Origin: Nitrospirota bacterium
GTDB lineage: Bacteria; Nitrospirota; Leptospirillia; Leptospirillales; Leptospirillaceae
Length of the DNA: 64,000 nt
Direction: 5' to 3'
NCBI GenBank assembly: GCA_021816465.1
Contig: JAKAYF010000001.1
Coordinates: 14,341 to 78,340 of the forward strand
Positions 20,472 to 30,616 of this stretch are shown one piece after another; position 1 is the first letter of the stretch, and each line of letters begins with the position of its first letter. The position numbers and the translations under genes were made by a program. The notes beneath the pieces are model-generated. The model was not told where the DNA came from, ran no database searches, and saw nothing but the letters and a program-made list of their open reading frames with translations.

Positions 20472-22416
20472 CGGAAAGCCCTTTGACCCCTCCAAAAAGG
20501 GTCGTGGCCCGGTCAATGGCCTGGTGAATTCCTGCAATGGTTTCCGCGCGAAGAAGAAACTGATAGTGAAACTCTCCTTTTGCCCTGGCAACAGGAGCCG
20601 CTACCGGGCCCTGGATCACAACGCCGGGCAAGGAGCTTCGTTCAAAAAGAGCCTGGTGGCATGCCTCCAGAATGACCGATTCTTTCCGGCTCCATAGGGA
20701 CAGAAGTGCTATCTTCCGGTGGGGCGGATAGAGGAGCTCGCGTCTCTCCTGGCTTGTTCTCTCAAAAAAATGCTCCATATCATAGGACTGGATCTCTTCA
20801 AAGATTTTGTCTTTGGGATTTTGTGTCAACAAGATGACCTTCCCGCCGGGAAGATGTCGTCCAACCCTGCCTGCAAGCTGAATGATCAGTTCGAAAGCCC
20901 TTTCTTCAGAGCGGTAATCCGGCAGTGAAAGCATCCTGTCCGTTTCCAGAATGATTCCGAGTGTCACTTCCCTGAAGTCATGTCCCTTGGCGATGATCTG
21001 GGTGCCAATCAGGATATCTCCTGTGATGCGGGTTGTATCGTCCTTTGAAGGGAGCGGAGAGTCTCCGTCTATGCGGGAGATGGCCACATCAGGGAAAAGG
21101 TTCCGGATGACCTCCTCGAGTTTTTGTGTTGCCAGCCCCTCTTCTGCCAGAAGGCTGCCACCGCATGCGGGACAGCGGGAATGAACGGCGAACTGGGTTT
21201 GGCAGCAATGGCAAATCAAAACCCTCTTGGGGGTTTTGTGAAGAACCAGGTGGACTGAACAGTTTCTGCAGGTGGCCATTTCCCTGCACTCAAGACAGAC
21301 AAGTGCGGGAACAAATCCTCTCCGGTTGAGAAGGAGGATGACCTTTTCCCTGCGGTTGACCGTTTCGCGGATGTCCTGGATCAGGTTTGCAGGAAGGATG
21401 TTTCCCCGGGGACCGGGAGCGGCCAGTGAAATGGAGGGAAGGGGCATCTGTCCCACGCGGCTGGGAAGGCTTAGCCTGTGATAGCGTTTTTTTCTGACCT
21501 GATACCATGATTCGAGAAGAGGTGTTGCCGAGCCCAGGATGACCGGGCACCCCAGAAGCTGGGCCCTCTTGATGGCAAGGCTTCTTACGCTGTAGGAGAG
21601 ACCTTCCCGCGACTGGTAGGAGGGATCGTGTTCCTCATCGACAATGATGAGTCCAGGATTTTCAAGTGGAGCAAAAAATGCGGATCTTGGCCCAACGACG
21701 ACATCTGTCTTCTGGTTCAAAATGCCTATCCAGTCGCGCAGTCTTGTTCCATTGCTCTGCTTGCTGTGAATGGACAGGGCGTCAGGAGCAACTTTCCTCA
21801 CGGAGTCGAGAAGCGGTGGTGTCAGACCGATCTCGGGGGTCAGGACGAGGACCTGTTTTTTCTGGTGGAGGGCCCAGAGGATCATTTCCTGGTAGACTCT
21901 CGTTTTGCCGGATCCGGTGACTCCCTCCAGAAGCTGAACGGAAAAAGGATCTTTTGCGGCTATTTCCTGAAAGAGGGAAAAGGCCACTTCCTGTTCTGGT
22001 GTCAGCGGAGGCAGTGTCTGGAGGGGGTGGATGGGGGGCTGCCCGGAAAGATCGTTCAGGATTTTCTTCAGGGTTCTTTGGGGAATCGGAAGAGGCTTTG
22101 TCAGCGGGGGAGGCAGTGCACTTTTGACCAGAAGTCCCAGTGGAAGCCTGTAGTACCAGGATGCAAATTCCAGGATGGAGAACAGGTGCGGAGGGAATAC
22201 GGGGAAAGGATCGAGAATGTCGAGTACAGGCTTGAGCGTGCCTTTGATGGCATCGAGCCCGCTGGCCCCGGAGAGATAGATTCCGGGAACCTGACGATGG
22301 CCGAGAGGGACAAGGAGTCTGCTCCCCGGAAGGGTCTCAGCGTACTGCGGGGGAAGGATGTAAGTCAGCTTCCCCTGGGGAACGGGCGCAAAAGGAACGA
22401 CCTGAATGAGATTCAT
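20437..22416 (-). CDS. priA: Primosomal protein N'
   Basis: GVTGSGKT, DEEHD, Cys-rich Zn region, QLAGRVGR. Confidence 0.95.
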   Translation of the reverse strand: MNLIQVVPFAPVPQGKLTYILPPQYAETLPGSRLLVPLGHRQVPGIYLSGASGLDAIKGTLKPVLDILDPFPVFPPHLFSILEFASWYYRLPLGLLVKSALPPPLTKPLPIPQRTLKKILNDLSGQPPIHPLQTLPPLTPEQEVAFSLFQEIAAKDPFSVQLLEGVTGSGKTRVYQEMILWALHQKKQVLVLTPEIGLTPPLLDSVRKVAPDALSIHSKQSNGTRLRDWIGILNQKTDVVVGPRSAFFAPLENPGLIIVDEEHDPSYQSREGLSYSVRSLAIKRAQLLGCPVILGSATPLLESWYQVRKKRYHRLSLPSRVGQMPLPSISLAAPGPRGNILPANLIQDIRETVNRREKVILLLNRRGFVPALVCLECREMATCRNCSVHLVLHKTPKRVLICHCCQTQFAVHSRCPACGGSLLAEEGLATQKLEEVIRNLFPDVAISRIDGDSPLPSKDDTTRITGDILIGTQIIAKGHDFREVTLGIILETDRMLSLPDYRSEERAFELIIQLAGRVGRHLPGGKVILLTQNPKDKIFEEIQSYDMEHFFERTSQERRELLYPPHRKIALLSLWSRKESVILEACHQALFERSSLPGVVIQGPVAAPVARAKGEFHYQFLLRAETIAGIHQAIDRATTLFGGVKGLSVNWSVDPPDLF

Positions 22417-22490
22417 TTTGGGTGCGACTGAAAAATCGGGAGACCCGGGAGGGATTTTTTGATCGATAAGAAGATCGGGTTCATCTGGAA

Positions 22491-22961
22491 TCAGACAGGG
22501 TTCTGAGGTTCACGGCCCAGCATCCGGAGAAGTTCTTCCATGAACTGGTGCGGGTCCTGAAAATTCCGGTAGACAGAGGCAAAGCGAACATAGGCCACCC
22601 GATCAAGAGCTTCAAGTTTCTCCATGATCAACTCTCCAATGATCCGTGAATCAACTTCTGGATCGCCACGCTCAATCAACGCCCGTTCAATGCTGTTTGA
22701 AAGTTCTTCGATCGATTCATTGGGAATGGGCCTTTTCTGACAGGCCAGATGCAATCCCTTGAGGATCTTTTGCCGGTCAAAAGCTTCTCTCCGACCGTCT
22801 TTCTTGAGAATCAGAGGCAGGGACTCCTGGACCCATTCATAGGTCGTAAATCGGCGCTGGCAGCCTGAACAGAATCTCCGTCGCCTGATGCCGAACCCGT
22901 CTCCTGTCGTCCGGGAGTCGGTGACCTTTGAATCAGGCGTCTGGCAGAAAGGGCACTTCAT
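22491..22961 (-). CDS. nrdR: Transcriptional repressor NrdR
   Basis: MKCPFC, RRRFC..C.RRFTTYE, ATP cone, YVRFASVY. Confidence 0.97.
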   Translation of the reverse strand: MKCPFCQTPDSKVTDSRTTGDGFGIRRRRFCSGCQRRFTTYEWVQESLPLILKKDGRREAFDRQKILKGLHLACQKRPIPNESIEELSNSIERALIERGDPEVDSRIIGELIMEKLEALDRVAYVRFASVYRNFQDPHQFMEELLRMLGREPQNPV

Positions 22962-22988
22962 GAAAGACGCCTGATTTTGGGTGCGGGT

Positions 22989-24230
22989 CTAAAGACCCGC
23001 ATAGACCGGAAAGTCTTTCAGGAGGGAGGCAAGCTCGGTCTTGACGGCATCGATGACGGCCGACTGGCCCTTGCTGTCAAGGATCCTGTGGATCATGGAT
23101 GCAATCTTTACGACTTCTTTTTCTCCAAGGCCACGGGTTGTGATCGCTGGTGTTCCCAGCCTGATTCCGCTGGTGACGGTCGGAGGCTTGTCATCATAGG
23201 GCACGCCATTTTTATTGCAGATGATTCCGGCCTGGGCAAGGTAGGATTCGGCTTCTTTCCCTGTCAGATTTTTGTTGCGGAGGTCGAGGAGCATCAAATG
23301 ATTGTCTGTGCCCCCTGTCGAGATCCGGTATCCTGCCGTCGAGAGCTCCGAGGCGAGGACCTTTGCATTCTTGAGTGTTTTCTCCGAATAGTCCTTGAAG
23401 TCGGGGGAGAGCGCTTCTTTCAGCATGACCGCTTTGCCGGCAATGACATGCATGAGAGGTCCGCCCTGCATCATCGGGAAAACCGCTTTGTCGAGGGCCT
23501 TGGCCCAGTTGGCTTTTGAAAAGGCCATTCCCCCCCTCGGTCCCCTGAGGGTCTTGTGAGTCGAGGTGGTAACGAAGTCTGCATGGGGAAACGGGGAAGG
23601 ATGGTGACCTGTGGCAACAAGTCCCGAAAAATGGGCCATATCGACGAGAAGAATGGCTCCGACTTCGTCCGCGACCCGTCGGAAAAAGGCGAAGTCGATT
23701 ATTCTTGGATAGGCACTGGCTCCGGCAATAATGATGGCAGGACGATGCTGCTTTGCCAGGGATTCGACCTGCTGCTCGTCGATCAGTCCCGTCTCCCGGT
23801 TTACACCGTAAAAAACGGCATTGTAGTAGTGTCCTGAGAAAGAAACAGGGCTTCCGTGGGTTAAGTGGCCACCATGGGAAAGGTCCATTCCAAGGATCGT
23901 GTCTCCCGGCCGGATCGATGAAAGGTAAACGGCCATGTTTGCCTGGCTCCCCGAATGGGGCTGGACATTGACGTGTTCTGCGCCGAAGAGAAGACGTGCC
24001 CTTTCGATGGCGAGTGTTTCGACCTGGTCTACCGCCTCGCAGCCGGCATAGTAGCGCCGTCCGGGATAGCCTTCTGCATATTTGTTGGTCATGACCGATC
24101 CAACGGCTTCAAGGATGGATCGGCTGACGTAGTTCTCGGAGGCGATCAGAACAAGCTTGTCCTGTTCGCGTTTTAATTCCTGGGAAATGGCTTCATGAAC
24201 TTCCGGGTCTGTCTGGTTAAGCCAGAACAT
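22989..24230 (-). CDS. glyA: Serine hydroxymethyltransferase
   Basis: [29 protein letters not shown]. Confidence 0.98.
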   Translation of the reverse strand: MFWLNQTDPEVHEAISQELKREQDKLVLIASENYVSRSILEAVGSVMTNKYAEGYPGRRYYAGCEAVDQVETLAIERARLLFGAEHVNVQPHSGSQANMAVYLSSIRPGDTILGMDLSHGGHLTHGSPVSFSGHYYNAVFYGVNRETGLIDEQQVESLAKQHRPAIIIAGASAYPRIIDFAFFRRVADEVGAILLVDMAHFSGLVATGHHPSPFPHADFVTTSTHKTLRGPRGGMAFSKANWAKALDKAVFPMMQGGPLMHVIAGKAVMLKEALSPDFKDYSEKTLKNAKVLASELSTAGYRISTGGTDNHLMLLDLRNKNLTGKEAESYLAQAGIICNKNGVPYDDKPPTVTSGIRLGTPAITTRGLGEKEVVKIASMIHRILDSKGQSAVIDAVKTELASLLKDFPVYAGL

Positions 24231-24281
24231 GGGATAGGATCCTTTCAGAGAGACTGTTAAGATGATTGGCGATAGCGGTTA

Positions 24282-24740
24282 TCAGTGATCCAGCGCCGAA
24301 ATTTTATCAATCCTTCGCTGGTGTCGTCCATTTTCAAAAGCAGAGTCCAGAAAAATGCTGACGAGAGTTAATGCTTTTTCCGGAGAGAGCTCCCTGGCGC
24401 CCAGGCACAGGATGTTTGCATTGTTGTGCTCGTGGGCAAGAGCTGCGGTTTCTTCGTTGTAAACGAGTGCGGCCCTGATCCCGTGGTGTTTGTTGGCAGC
24501 GATCGACATTCCTATTCCGGTACCGCAGATCAGAACTCCGATCGTTCCCGGCGTAGCGGTGACGATCGTTGCAACCTTCTCGGCAAAGTCCGGGTAGTCA
24601 ACCGACTCGGGGCCATCCGTACCGCAGTTGGTTACCGTGTATCCTGACATGGAAAGTGTCCTGATGATGTTGTTTTTGAGCTCGAATCCTGCGTGGTCTG
24701 ACCCGATTGCAATGGGAGGCAACTGTTTTTTTTCTGTCAT
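24282..24740 (-). CDS. rpiB: Ribose-5-phosphate isomerase B
   Basis: GSDHAG, VDYPD, CGTGIGMSIAANK, GRHQRR. Confidence 0.96.
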   Translation of the reverse strand: MTEKKQLPPIAIGSDHAGFELKNNIIRTLSMSGYTVTNCGTDGPESVDYPDFAEKVATIVTATPGTIGVLICGTGIGMSIAANKHHGIRAALVYNEETAALAHEHNNANILCLGARELSPEKALTLVSIFLDSAFENGRHQRRIDKISALDH

Positions 24741-24905
24741 GTTATGGCCTCGCTGTCCTGTGGTGAGATGATGCCCGGATGATGGGGCGGAAAAATTCAC
24801 CTGGAGCCCGCTTGGGTGGGCTTTCCGCTTCCTGGTGGCTGATTCTTTGAGTGCTGGGTTCAAATGAGAAATGATGCCATTTTCTGGAGGAGGTTGTCAA
24901 TCGGT

Positions 24906-25454
24906 ATGCCCCATCTAAATCATTTTATATTAAGCAATAAAAATAGGGTTCTTGCCTGCTTGTCCACCCTGCTGATCGGGGGATGCAGCGCGTCTGCATG
25001 GAACAATCCCCATGGGCTTCTTGGCGGCCTGTTTTCCTCATCGCCATCTTCCTCTCAGGCTTCCCAGGGAAAAGCTGCCACAGCCGGAGGGTCTCCAACC
25101 GCTGTGCCACAGTCGGGATCGATCCCTTCGTCATCAGGAGAGGCACCATCGGATCTCGGCAGGTCCCTCTCTCCGCCGGAATTCGTGCATGTCGTGCCTT
25201 ATGAAGAAGGCGACGGAGCCTACATACAGTGGAGCATGGTTCCCGGGGCGACAGATTACTTCCTCTACAAGAATGGCCATCTGGTTGTGGACACCCCTTC
25301 CACGATCTACCGTCTCTATGGCCTTCTCCCCTGTCATCATTATCACCTGGCCCTATGGAGCTCCGACAGCGTCAGACTGTCAAAAAAATCCCTGTCTTTT
25401 GTCGTCCATACAAGGGGGTGCGGATCGCCTCCTCCAAGAATGCAGGATAGGTGA
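24906..25454 (+). CDS. Putative lipoprotein with S/P-rich linker and fibronectin-III-like domain
   Basis: Lipobox-like LLIGGC; W..V.GATDY.LY.NG and Y.LYGL.P...Y pattern; start uncertain. Confidence 0.6.
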   Translation: MPHLNHFILSNKNRVLACLSTLLIGGCSASAWNNPHGLLGGLFSSSPSSSQASQGKAATAGGSPTAVPQSGSIPSSSGEAPSDLGRSLSPPEFVHVVPYEEGDGAYIQWSMVPGATDYFLYKNGHLVVDTPSTIYRLYGLLPCHHYHLALWSSDSVRLSKKSLSFVVHTRGCGSPPPRMQDR

Positions 25455-25677
25455 AAGCCCGCCTGTGGCTCCTTGCGTTTCTCTCAGGATCCGGAAGGGC
25501 ATGTTTTCTTCTCGCTGGGAGACGGTCTTTCCGGAGGAGAATGGAAACGCTGCTACTGCGCCGGGCTGGTGGCGGGGGAGATCATGGAGCAGCGGCGGAA
25601 ATGGTTGGTGAATGCCTGGGTGTCTTGCTAGAATAGACAACGGAAACTGGTCAAAACAGTCAGGAAGAGGGTGGACT

Positions 25678-26364
25678 TTGGAAAAAACGTCTCAATATCC
25701 TGGAACGCTGATCGCCATCGAGGGAACGGACGGATCGGGAAAGTCAACCCAGGCCGAATTGCTGAAGCTCTATTTCGAGTCCAAGGGGCAAGGGGTTGTC
25801 ATTTCATCATGCAACACCGCCGAACTGATTCGTGGTGCGATCAAGAAGCTCAAGGAGCGCAACACACTTGATCCTGTTACTTTCTGCTTTCTTTACGCGG
25901 CGGACTTTGTGGACCGGTTCGAGCATGTGATCATTCCGGCTCTTTCTGCCGGAAAGGTTGTGATTGCGGAGCAGTATGTCTATACCGTTTTTGCCCGGGC
26001 CATCATCCGGGGGATCGACAGGGAATGGATTACGGGCATGTTTGATTTTGCACTGACGCCCGCCAGGACATTTTATCTTGATGTCCGCTTCGAGGATCTT
26101 CTGGCAAGAATCCAGTGGAAATCAAGGGACGAGCGCTATTTTGACTATTATGAAGCGGGGATGGACCTTAACCTTGCAGGACGAAAAAAGGATTCATTTG
26201 TTCTCTACCAGCAAAGGCTTCTGGAGATCTACAGGCAAATGTCGACTGAGTACCAGTTTACGGTCATTGATGCGATGAAGCCGATACAGAAGCAGCAGAT
26301 GGAGCTTCGAGGGGAGACCGCTTCCATTTTGAAAAACCGTTTGAGAAGAAAGGGACCCCGATGA
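25678..26364 (+). CDS. Thymidylate-kinase-fold protein, degenerate copy (candidate PPK3-like subunit)
   Basis: IAIEGTDGSGKSTQ; AEQY in place of DRY; YYEAGMD; TTG start inferred. Confidence 0.8.
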   Translation: MEKTSQYPGTLIAIEGTDGSGKSTQAELLKLYFESKGQGVVISSCNTAELIRGAIKKLKERNTLDPVTFCFLYAADFVDRFEHVIIPALSAGKVVIAEQYVYTVFARAIIRGIDREWITGMFDFALTPARTFYLDVRFEDLLARIQWKSRDERYFDYYEAGMDLNLAGRKKDSFVLYQQRLLEIYRQMSTEYQFTVIDAMKPIQKQQMELRGETASILKNRLRRKGPR

Positions 26365-27017
26365 ATCCCGAGCATTCCTATCCCGGTCGCCTGATCGTCG
26401 TTGAAGGGATCGACGGGTCCGGAAAATCGACACAGATTGAGCTGCTTCAGAATTATCTCAGGTTGAAGGGGTATGGAGTCCTTTTAAATGCATGGAACTC
26501 AAGCCCTGAAATATCCCCGATCATTCGAAAGGCAAAGAAGAAGCAGACTCTGACTCCCTATGCCTTCAGCCTTCTCCATGCCGCCGACTTCAGCTATCGT
26601 TACACCCATGAAATCCTGCCGGCACTGAAGGCAGGAAAGGTTGTCCTTTCGGATCGATATATCTACACGGCCGTGGCCAGAGACTGTGCGAGGGGGATTC
26701 CCAAGAGCTGGCTGAGTTCCAATTTCCGTTTCGCGATTCGACCGGACCTCACGTTTTTTTTCAGGGTGGACCCGGCCTTGTCCTATGACCGGATTACCCA
26801 GACCCGGGAGATTAAATACTACGAAGCGGGAATGGACATGGAGCTTTCCCCTAATCCCAGAGAGTCCTATATCCTTTTTCAGTCAAAGGTTCTGGCGGAG
26901 TATGAGGTTCTTGCGAAGGAAAACGGATTTCACCTGATCGACGGGTCCCACTCGATGGATGAAACCCAGAAAATCATGAGGAAGGCGCTGAATCCCGTTT
27001 TGTCCGGAATCGGTTGA
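26361..27017 (+). CDS. Thymidylate-kinase-fold protein (candidate PPK3-like catalytic subunit)
   Basis: VVEGIDGSGKSTQ, WNSS, SDRYIYT, YYEAGMD; ATGA overlap with upstream paralog. Confidence 0.85.
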   Translation: MNPEHSYPGRLIVVEGIDGSGKSTQIELLQNYLRLKGYGVLLNAWNSSPEISPIIRKAKKKQTLTPYAFSLLHAADFSYRYTHEILPALKAGKVVLSDRYIYTAVARDCARGIPKSWLSSNFRFAIRPDLTFFFRVDPALSYDRITQTREIKYYEAGMDMELSPNPRESYILFQSKVLAEYEVLAKENGFHLIDGSHSMDETQKIMRKALNPVLSGIG

Positions 27018-27873
27018 ACTCTTCGAGGATGCTGTCCCAGTAACGAAAGATCAGGAGGTGTCCTTCCCCCTGAATGATTCTCGTTTTTGATGCCGGGATC
27101 TCTTTTGCCAGCTTTTCAATCAGAAACAGCGGGGCGATAAGGTCCCGGTCGCCGTGCCAGAAGTGCACCTTTCCTGAAATGGAACCGGGATCGAAGTCCC
27201 ATGGTTTCGATAGAATCATCAAATCATCGACGATTCCTTCGCTGCCAGACGTGTAATTTGCGCCGATGTCTTTTAAAAACATCCGGCTATCCTCGGCTTT
27301 TTTGAAGAATGGCCGTTCCTCCTGCGGAAAAAATCTGGCCAGAACAGGGAGGTACCTTTGAGGGTTGTGCAAAAGGATGGCGGTCAATCCTCTCAGGACT
27401 TCTATGAGTGCCTTCATTCTCGTCCGGGCTGACTGTTTTCCGAGAGAAAAGAGCCATTTTTCATGAAAAGGCATCAGTTGTGTTGATCCGGGGGTATCGA
27501 TCTGTCCGAGGCCGCTGATGACAAAAACGCTGGAAATCCTCTCTTGAATCTTCCGGGCACAGGCCAGTGCGTAGGGTCCTCCTGCAGACAGGCCAAGAAC
27601 TCCAAAATCGTCTATTTTGAGAAGATCGGCAAAGGTCCGGACATCGTCTGCCCAGTCGACGAGCGTTCTCCCTCTTTTGATCGGGGAAAGTCCGAACCCA
27701 GGCCTTTCGAGAACAATAAGACGAATCCCCCGGGATCTGGTTATGGTTTCCGAGGGGCGCTGGTAACGGGATCCCGGGACACCGTGAAACAGCAAAAGGG
27801 GGTACCCGTCAGGATCCCCGTACTCGCAAAATCCCAGCTGGCGTCCGTCTTGAAGGGAGATGGTCTGGTCCAT
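26974..27873 (-). CDS. Alpha/beta hydrolase
   Basis: HGVPGSR, RPGFGLS, GLSAGG nucleophile elbow, HGDRD, EGH. Confidence 0.9.
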   Translation of the reverse strand: MDQTISLQDGRQLGFCEYGDPDGYPLLLFHGVPGSRYQRPSETITRSRGIRLIVLERPGFGLSPIKRGRTLVDWADDVRTFADLLKIDDFGVLGLSAGGPYALACARKIQERISSVFVISGLGQIDTPGSTQLMPFHEKWLFSLGKQSARTRMKALIEVLRGLTAILLHNPQRYLPVLARFFPQEERPFFKKAEDSRMFLKDIGANYTSGSEGIVDDLMILSKPWDFDPGSISGKVHFWHGDRDLIAPLFLIEKLAKEIPASKTRIIQGEGHLLIFRYWDSILEEFNRFRTKRDSAPSS

Positions 27874-27961
27874 GGGCTCGGGTGTGGAATGGGTGCCTGG
27901 CGGAATCTGGAAGCTCCTTTGGAAAGGCCGGAGTCTTTTCGGACATTGTTCCCGGGGAAGG

Positions 27962-29569
27962 TCAGTACTCTCCGTTGTCGTTATCTTCTCCGTTCAGGAT
28001 CGGTTCAATACTTTTGGGTCTTGCCCCGTTCTGCCCGCTGTAGCTCTCGATCCTCATCCAGATGACAATGACCGGTCTGCCTTTTTCAAATTCCATTTCT
28101 TTTGTGGAGACGAGACGCTCAATCCCTCCCTCTTCTTCGTCCCTGTTGTCCCTGATGGTCAGGTGCGGCTCCGCATACGACAGCTGAGGCATGTCTCCGG
28201 ATGTAAAAATGAGAATCTCCCTGACGAGCTTTGCCAGTCTGGAAAAGAAGACGACCCGTCCCTGATCTTTGGGTGAAAGGGAAAGAAAGAGGGATCTGTT
28301 GTTCTTCCTGATGGTGATATCAGAGTGGGTCCTGTATTGCGTCAGTGCCAGGAAAAGCAGAATCCTCTCCTGAGGGGAAAATCCCGGACACTCTTCTTTC
28401 AGGAGAAAACTGGCAGACTCAGAGTCTCCTGTCGGGCGATAGGAAAGGGTTGTCAGGGCGAGGGCACCCAGGGCCCTGAGAAGCTTTTTGGTCTCCTTGT
28501 CGATCATGGTTTCCGGGTGAATGGTTTCGTAGAGCTTCAACAGAAGGCGCCTGAAGGATCTTGACTCTTCGTAGGATCCAAAGCGGCTGACCAGCCGCGA
28601 GATTGTATCCTTTGAAATATCATGGAGCGGTGGCTTGGTTGTTTCGAGAAAGGTCTCCATGAAGAGACCATGTCTGAGCCCATGCTGGGAAACGGTTAAA
28701 AGAGGGGATCTTGCGCCTTCCAGAATGCGGGAGATGATCAGGATGCCTGCGGGTAGAATATCTGCCCTGTCTTTTGAGACACCGAGTGATGAGATCCTGT
28801 TCTCGATCGAGGACTTTCGAATCTCCATGAGAATCCGGTTCACCTGGTTTTTTTGCAGGCTGTACTGATGAACCTGGGGGATGAGAGGGTAGTGCTCCTT
28901 TTTCTGGGAAATCCTGGCCAGCTGGCGGACCGTGCCCCCCACCCCGATCAGGAGTTTGGGTGTTCCTCCGGAGAGAATCTCTCCTTCACGCAATGTTTTG
29001 TCGATATGCCGTTCAAGTCTTTTCCATTCGGTTTCCGATGGTGTCCCGGACTTTTTGAAGAAGGATTCCGAGAGTCTGACGGCTCCGAGCGGGAGCGTGG
29101 TCGTGGCAATGTGTTCTCCGTTCTGGATCCGGATGAGCTCTGTGCTCCCGCCTCCAACATCGAAGACGAGGCCGTCATGGATGTTGATGCTGGTCCGAAC
29201 GCCAAAATAGCTGTAAAAAGCTTCGTCCTCACCGGAAAGAACCTCAACAGGAAACGGGATTCCTTCCGAGAGAATCCCGAGAACCTCCTTCTGGTTCAAA
29301 GCATCACGAATGGCGCTTGTTGCCGTGCAGCGGACCTTCTTGATGTGATGGAGGGCGATCTGTCCCGCAAAGAGGCAAATCGCCTCCCTTGCCCGGGCAA
29401 TGGCCTCTTTTTTGATGATCTGGTCTTCATACATGCCCTGTGAAATCCTGGCAGGAGCCTTGTGGCGTTCGATCAGCCACCAGTCATTGTCCCTGATCGC
29501 AAAAATCTCAAGGCGCATGGAGTTTGAGCCAATATCAATAATTGCAATTTTTCGAATGGATCTTGACAT
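27962..29569 (-). CDS. ppx: Exopolyphosphatase Ppx/GppA family
   Basis: IDIGSNS, ATSAIRDA, DVGGGSTE, GVGGT, RADI, GLRHG. Confidence 0.92.
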   Translation of the reverse strand: MSRSIRKIAIIDIGSNSMRLEIFAIRDNDWWLIERHKAPARISQGMYEDQIIKKEAIARAREAICLFAGQIALHHIKKVRCTATSAIRDALNQKEVLGILSEGIPFPVEVLSGEDEAFYSYFGVRTSINIHDGLVFDVGGGSTELIRIQNGEHIATTTLPLGAVRLSESFFKKSGTPSETEWKRLERHIDKTLREGEILSGGTPKLLIGVGGTVRQLARISQKKEHYPLIPQVHQYSLQKNQVNRILMEIRKSSIENRISSLGVSKDRADILPAGILIISRILEGARSPLLTVSQHGLRHGLFMETFLETTKPPLHDISKDTISRLVSRFGSYEESRSFRRLLLKLYETIHPETMIDKETKKLLRALGALALTTLSYRPTGDSESASFLLKEECPGFSPQERILLFLALTQYRTHSDITIRKNNRSLFLSLSPKDQGRVVFFSRLAKLVREILIFTSGDMPQLSYAEPHLTIRDNRDEEEGGIERLVSTKEMEFEKGRPVIVIWMRIESYSGQNGARPKSIEPILNGEDNDNGEY

Positions 29570-30013
29570 GGAGCAGGGAGGTCCTCTCTATAGCACTGAA
29601 ATCGTCCGGACAGGTTTGATTGTCGGAAGAAAGGTTGCACCATCTTAAGACAATCAGCAGGATTTTGAAACTCTCTCTTCATATCACTTGTTCGCAGCAA
29701 GCAGAGTGGTACGGTTTTTCGAAAGGATGGAGAGAACGTTTCCGGGAGCATGGAACAGGAGAGTCGATCCCGGGATGCCGGTGGATCCGGGCCTTGGCCA
29801 TGACATCATGGAGTCGGTAGCGGTCGTCTATTCTTGCGGCATTGGTCCCTTCTTTTGTTCGTTCCATGTCTCTTTAGAGTGCATCTTCCGGATCTCCTGT
29901 CGTAAGGTTGTTGGGTTCATCGATGGGTCCCCTTGACCCATTTTTAAACCGGACAACCTTTGCGCCACAAACCCGGACAGATTATGTGCTCGCTACAAAG
30001 CAGAGTGGTCCGG

Positions 30014-30042
30014 TTGACAGTGTCTCCTTGTACGGATAGAGT
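30014..30042 (+). promoter_or_regulatory. Sigma70-type promoter for the envelope locus
   Basis: TTGACA-N17-TAGAGT, 48 nt upstream of the TTG start at 30091. Confidence 0.55.
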
Positions 30043-30090
30043 TTTGCTGTGTGGTTTTGCTGGTTTGGACCTTGGCGCCGGGAGAGAGCA

Positions 30091-30510
30091 TTGACAAAGA
30101 GCTTCTTTGATGTCTTTCGTCTGGTTTTTGTTTTGACTGCGGCAATCGTTCTGCAGACGGTCAATATGGCCCATTCCACTGCTTCTCCGATGATGTCTTC
30201 TCACGTTGAATCCCGATTGGCCGGATTTTCTCATGGGTTTTTTGTTCCAGCCTCCCCTGAACAGGTTGTCTCGGATTCTTCTGATCCTGACGGATGCGAG
30301 CATCTTTTTGTAGCCAACCAGACGTCCTGGGAATGCCATCATCCCGTTCCTCTTTTCCTGCTTTCCTCCTCCATTTCCACCCAGGGTGTCCTGTCATCGG
30401 AACAAATGGCCGACTCTCCCCGCTTTCCCGATCTTCCTTTTTCAATCGAACCCTCTTCTGCGACCTCATACCATTCATCTTCTCCGGATCGTCCCCCAAG
30501 AGTTTCCTAG
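30091..30510 (+). CDS. Small exported Cys/His-motif protein ending DRPPRVS (DUF2946/CruR-like candidate, copy 1)
   Basis: GGAGAG RBS then TTG; hydrophobic N-terminus; CEH..ECHH; C-terminal RPPR. Confidence 0.62.
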   Translation: MTKSFFDVFRLVFVLTAAIVLQTVNMAHSTASPMMSSHVESRLAGFSHGFFVPASPEQVVSDSSDPDGCEHLFVANQTSWECHHPVPLFLLSSSISTQGVLSSEQMADSPRFPDLPFSIEPSSATSYHSSSPDRPPRVS

Positions 30511-30616
30511 CGCGGATATCTGATAGTCCAAAAGAATCCCTTCCCGATCTGTTTTCGGCAAGGCTCTTTTGGCATGGCGGGTTCTTATGCCGTTTCAGGA
30601 ACAGATGGGGATTTTT

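Noticed and set aside
25678-27017. Annotation as ordinary duplicated dTMP kinase (tmk)
   Set aside because: REPG motif absent, DRY lost in one copy, and the context is ppx rather than holB; gene symbol withheld.
29944-30342. Minus-strand ORFs overlapping the envelope-locus leader region
   Set aside because: The plus-strand ORF has a promoter, an RBS and a paralog; the minus-strand frames have none of these.
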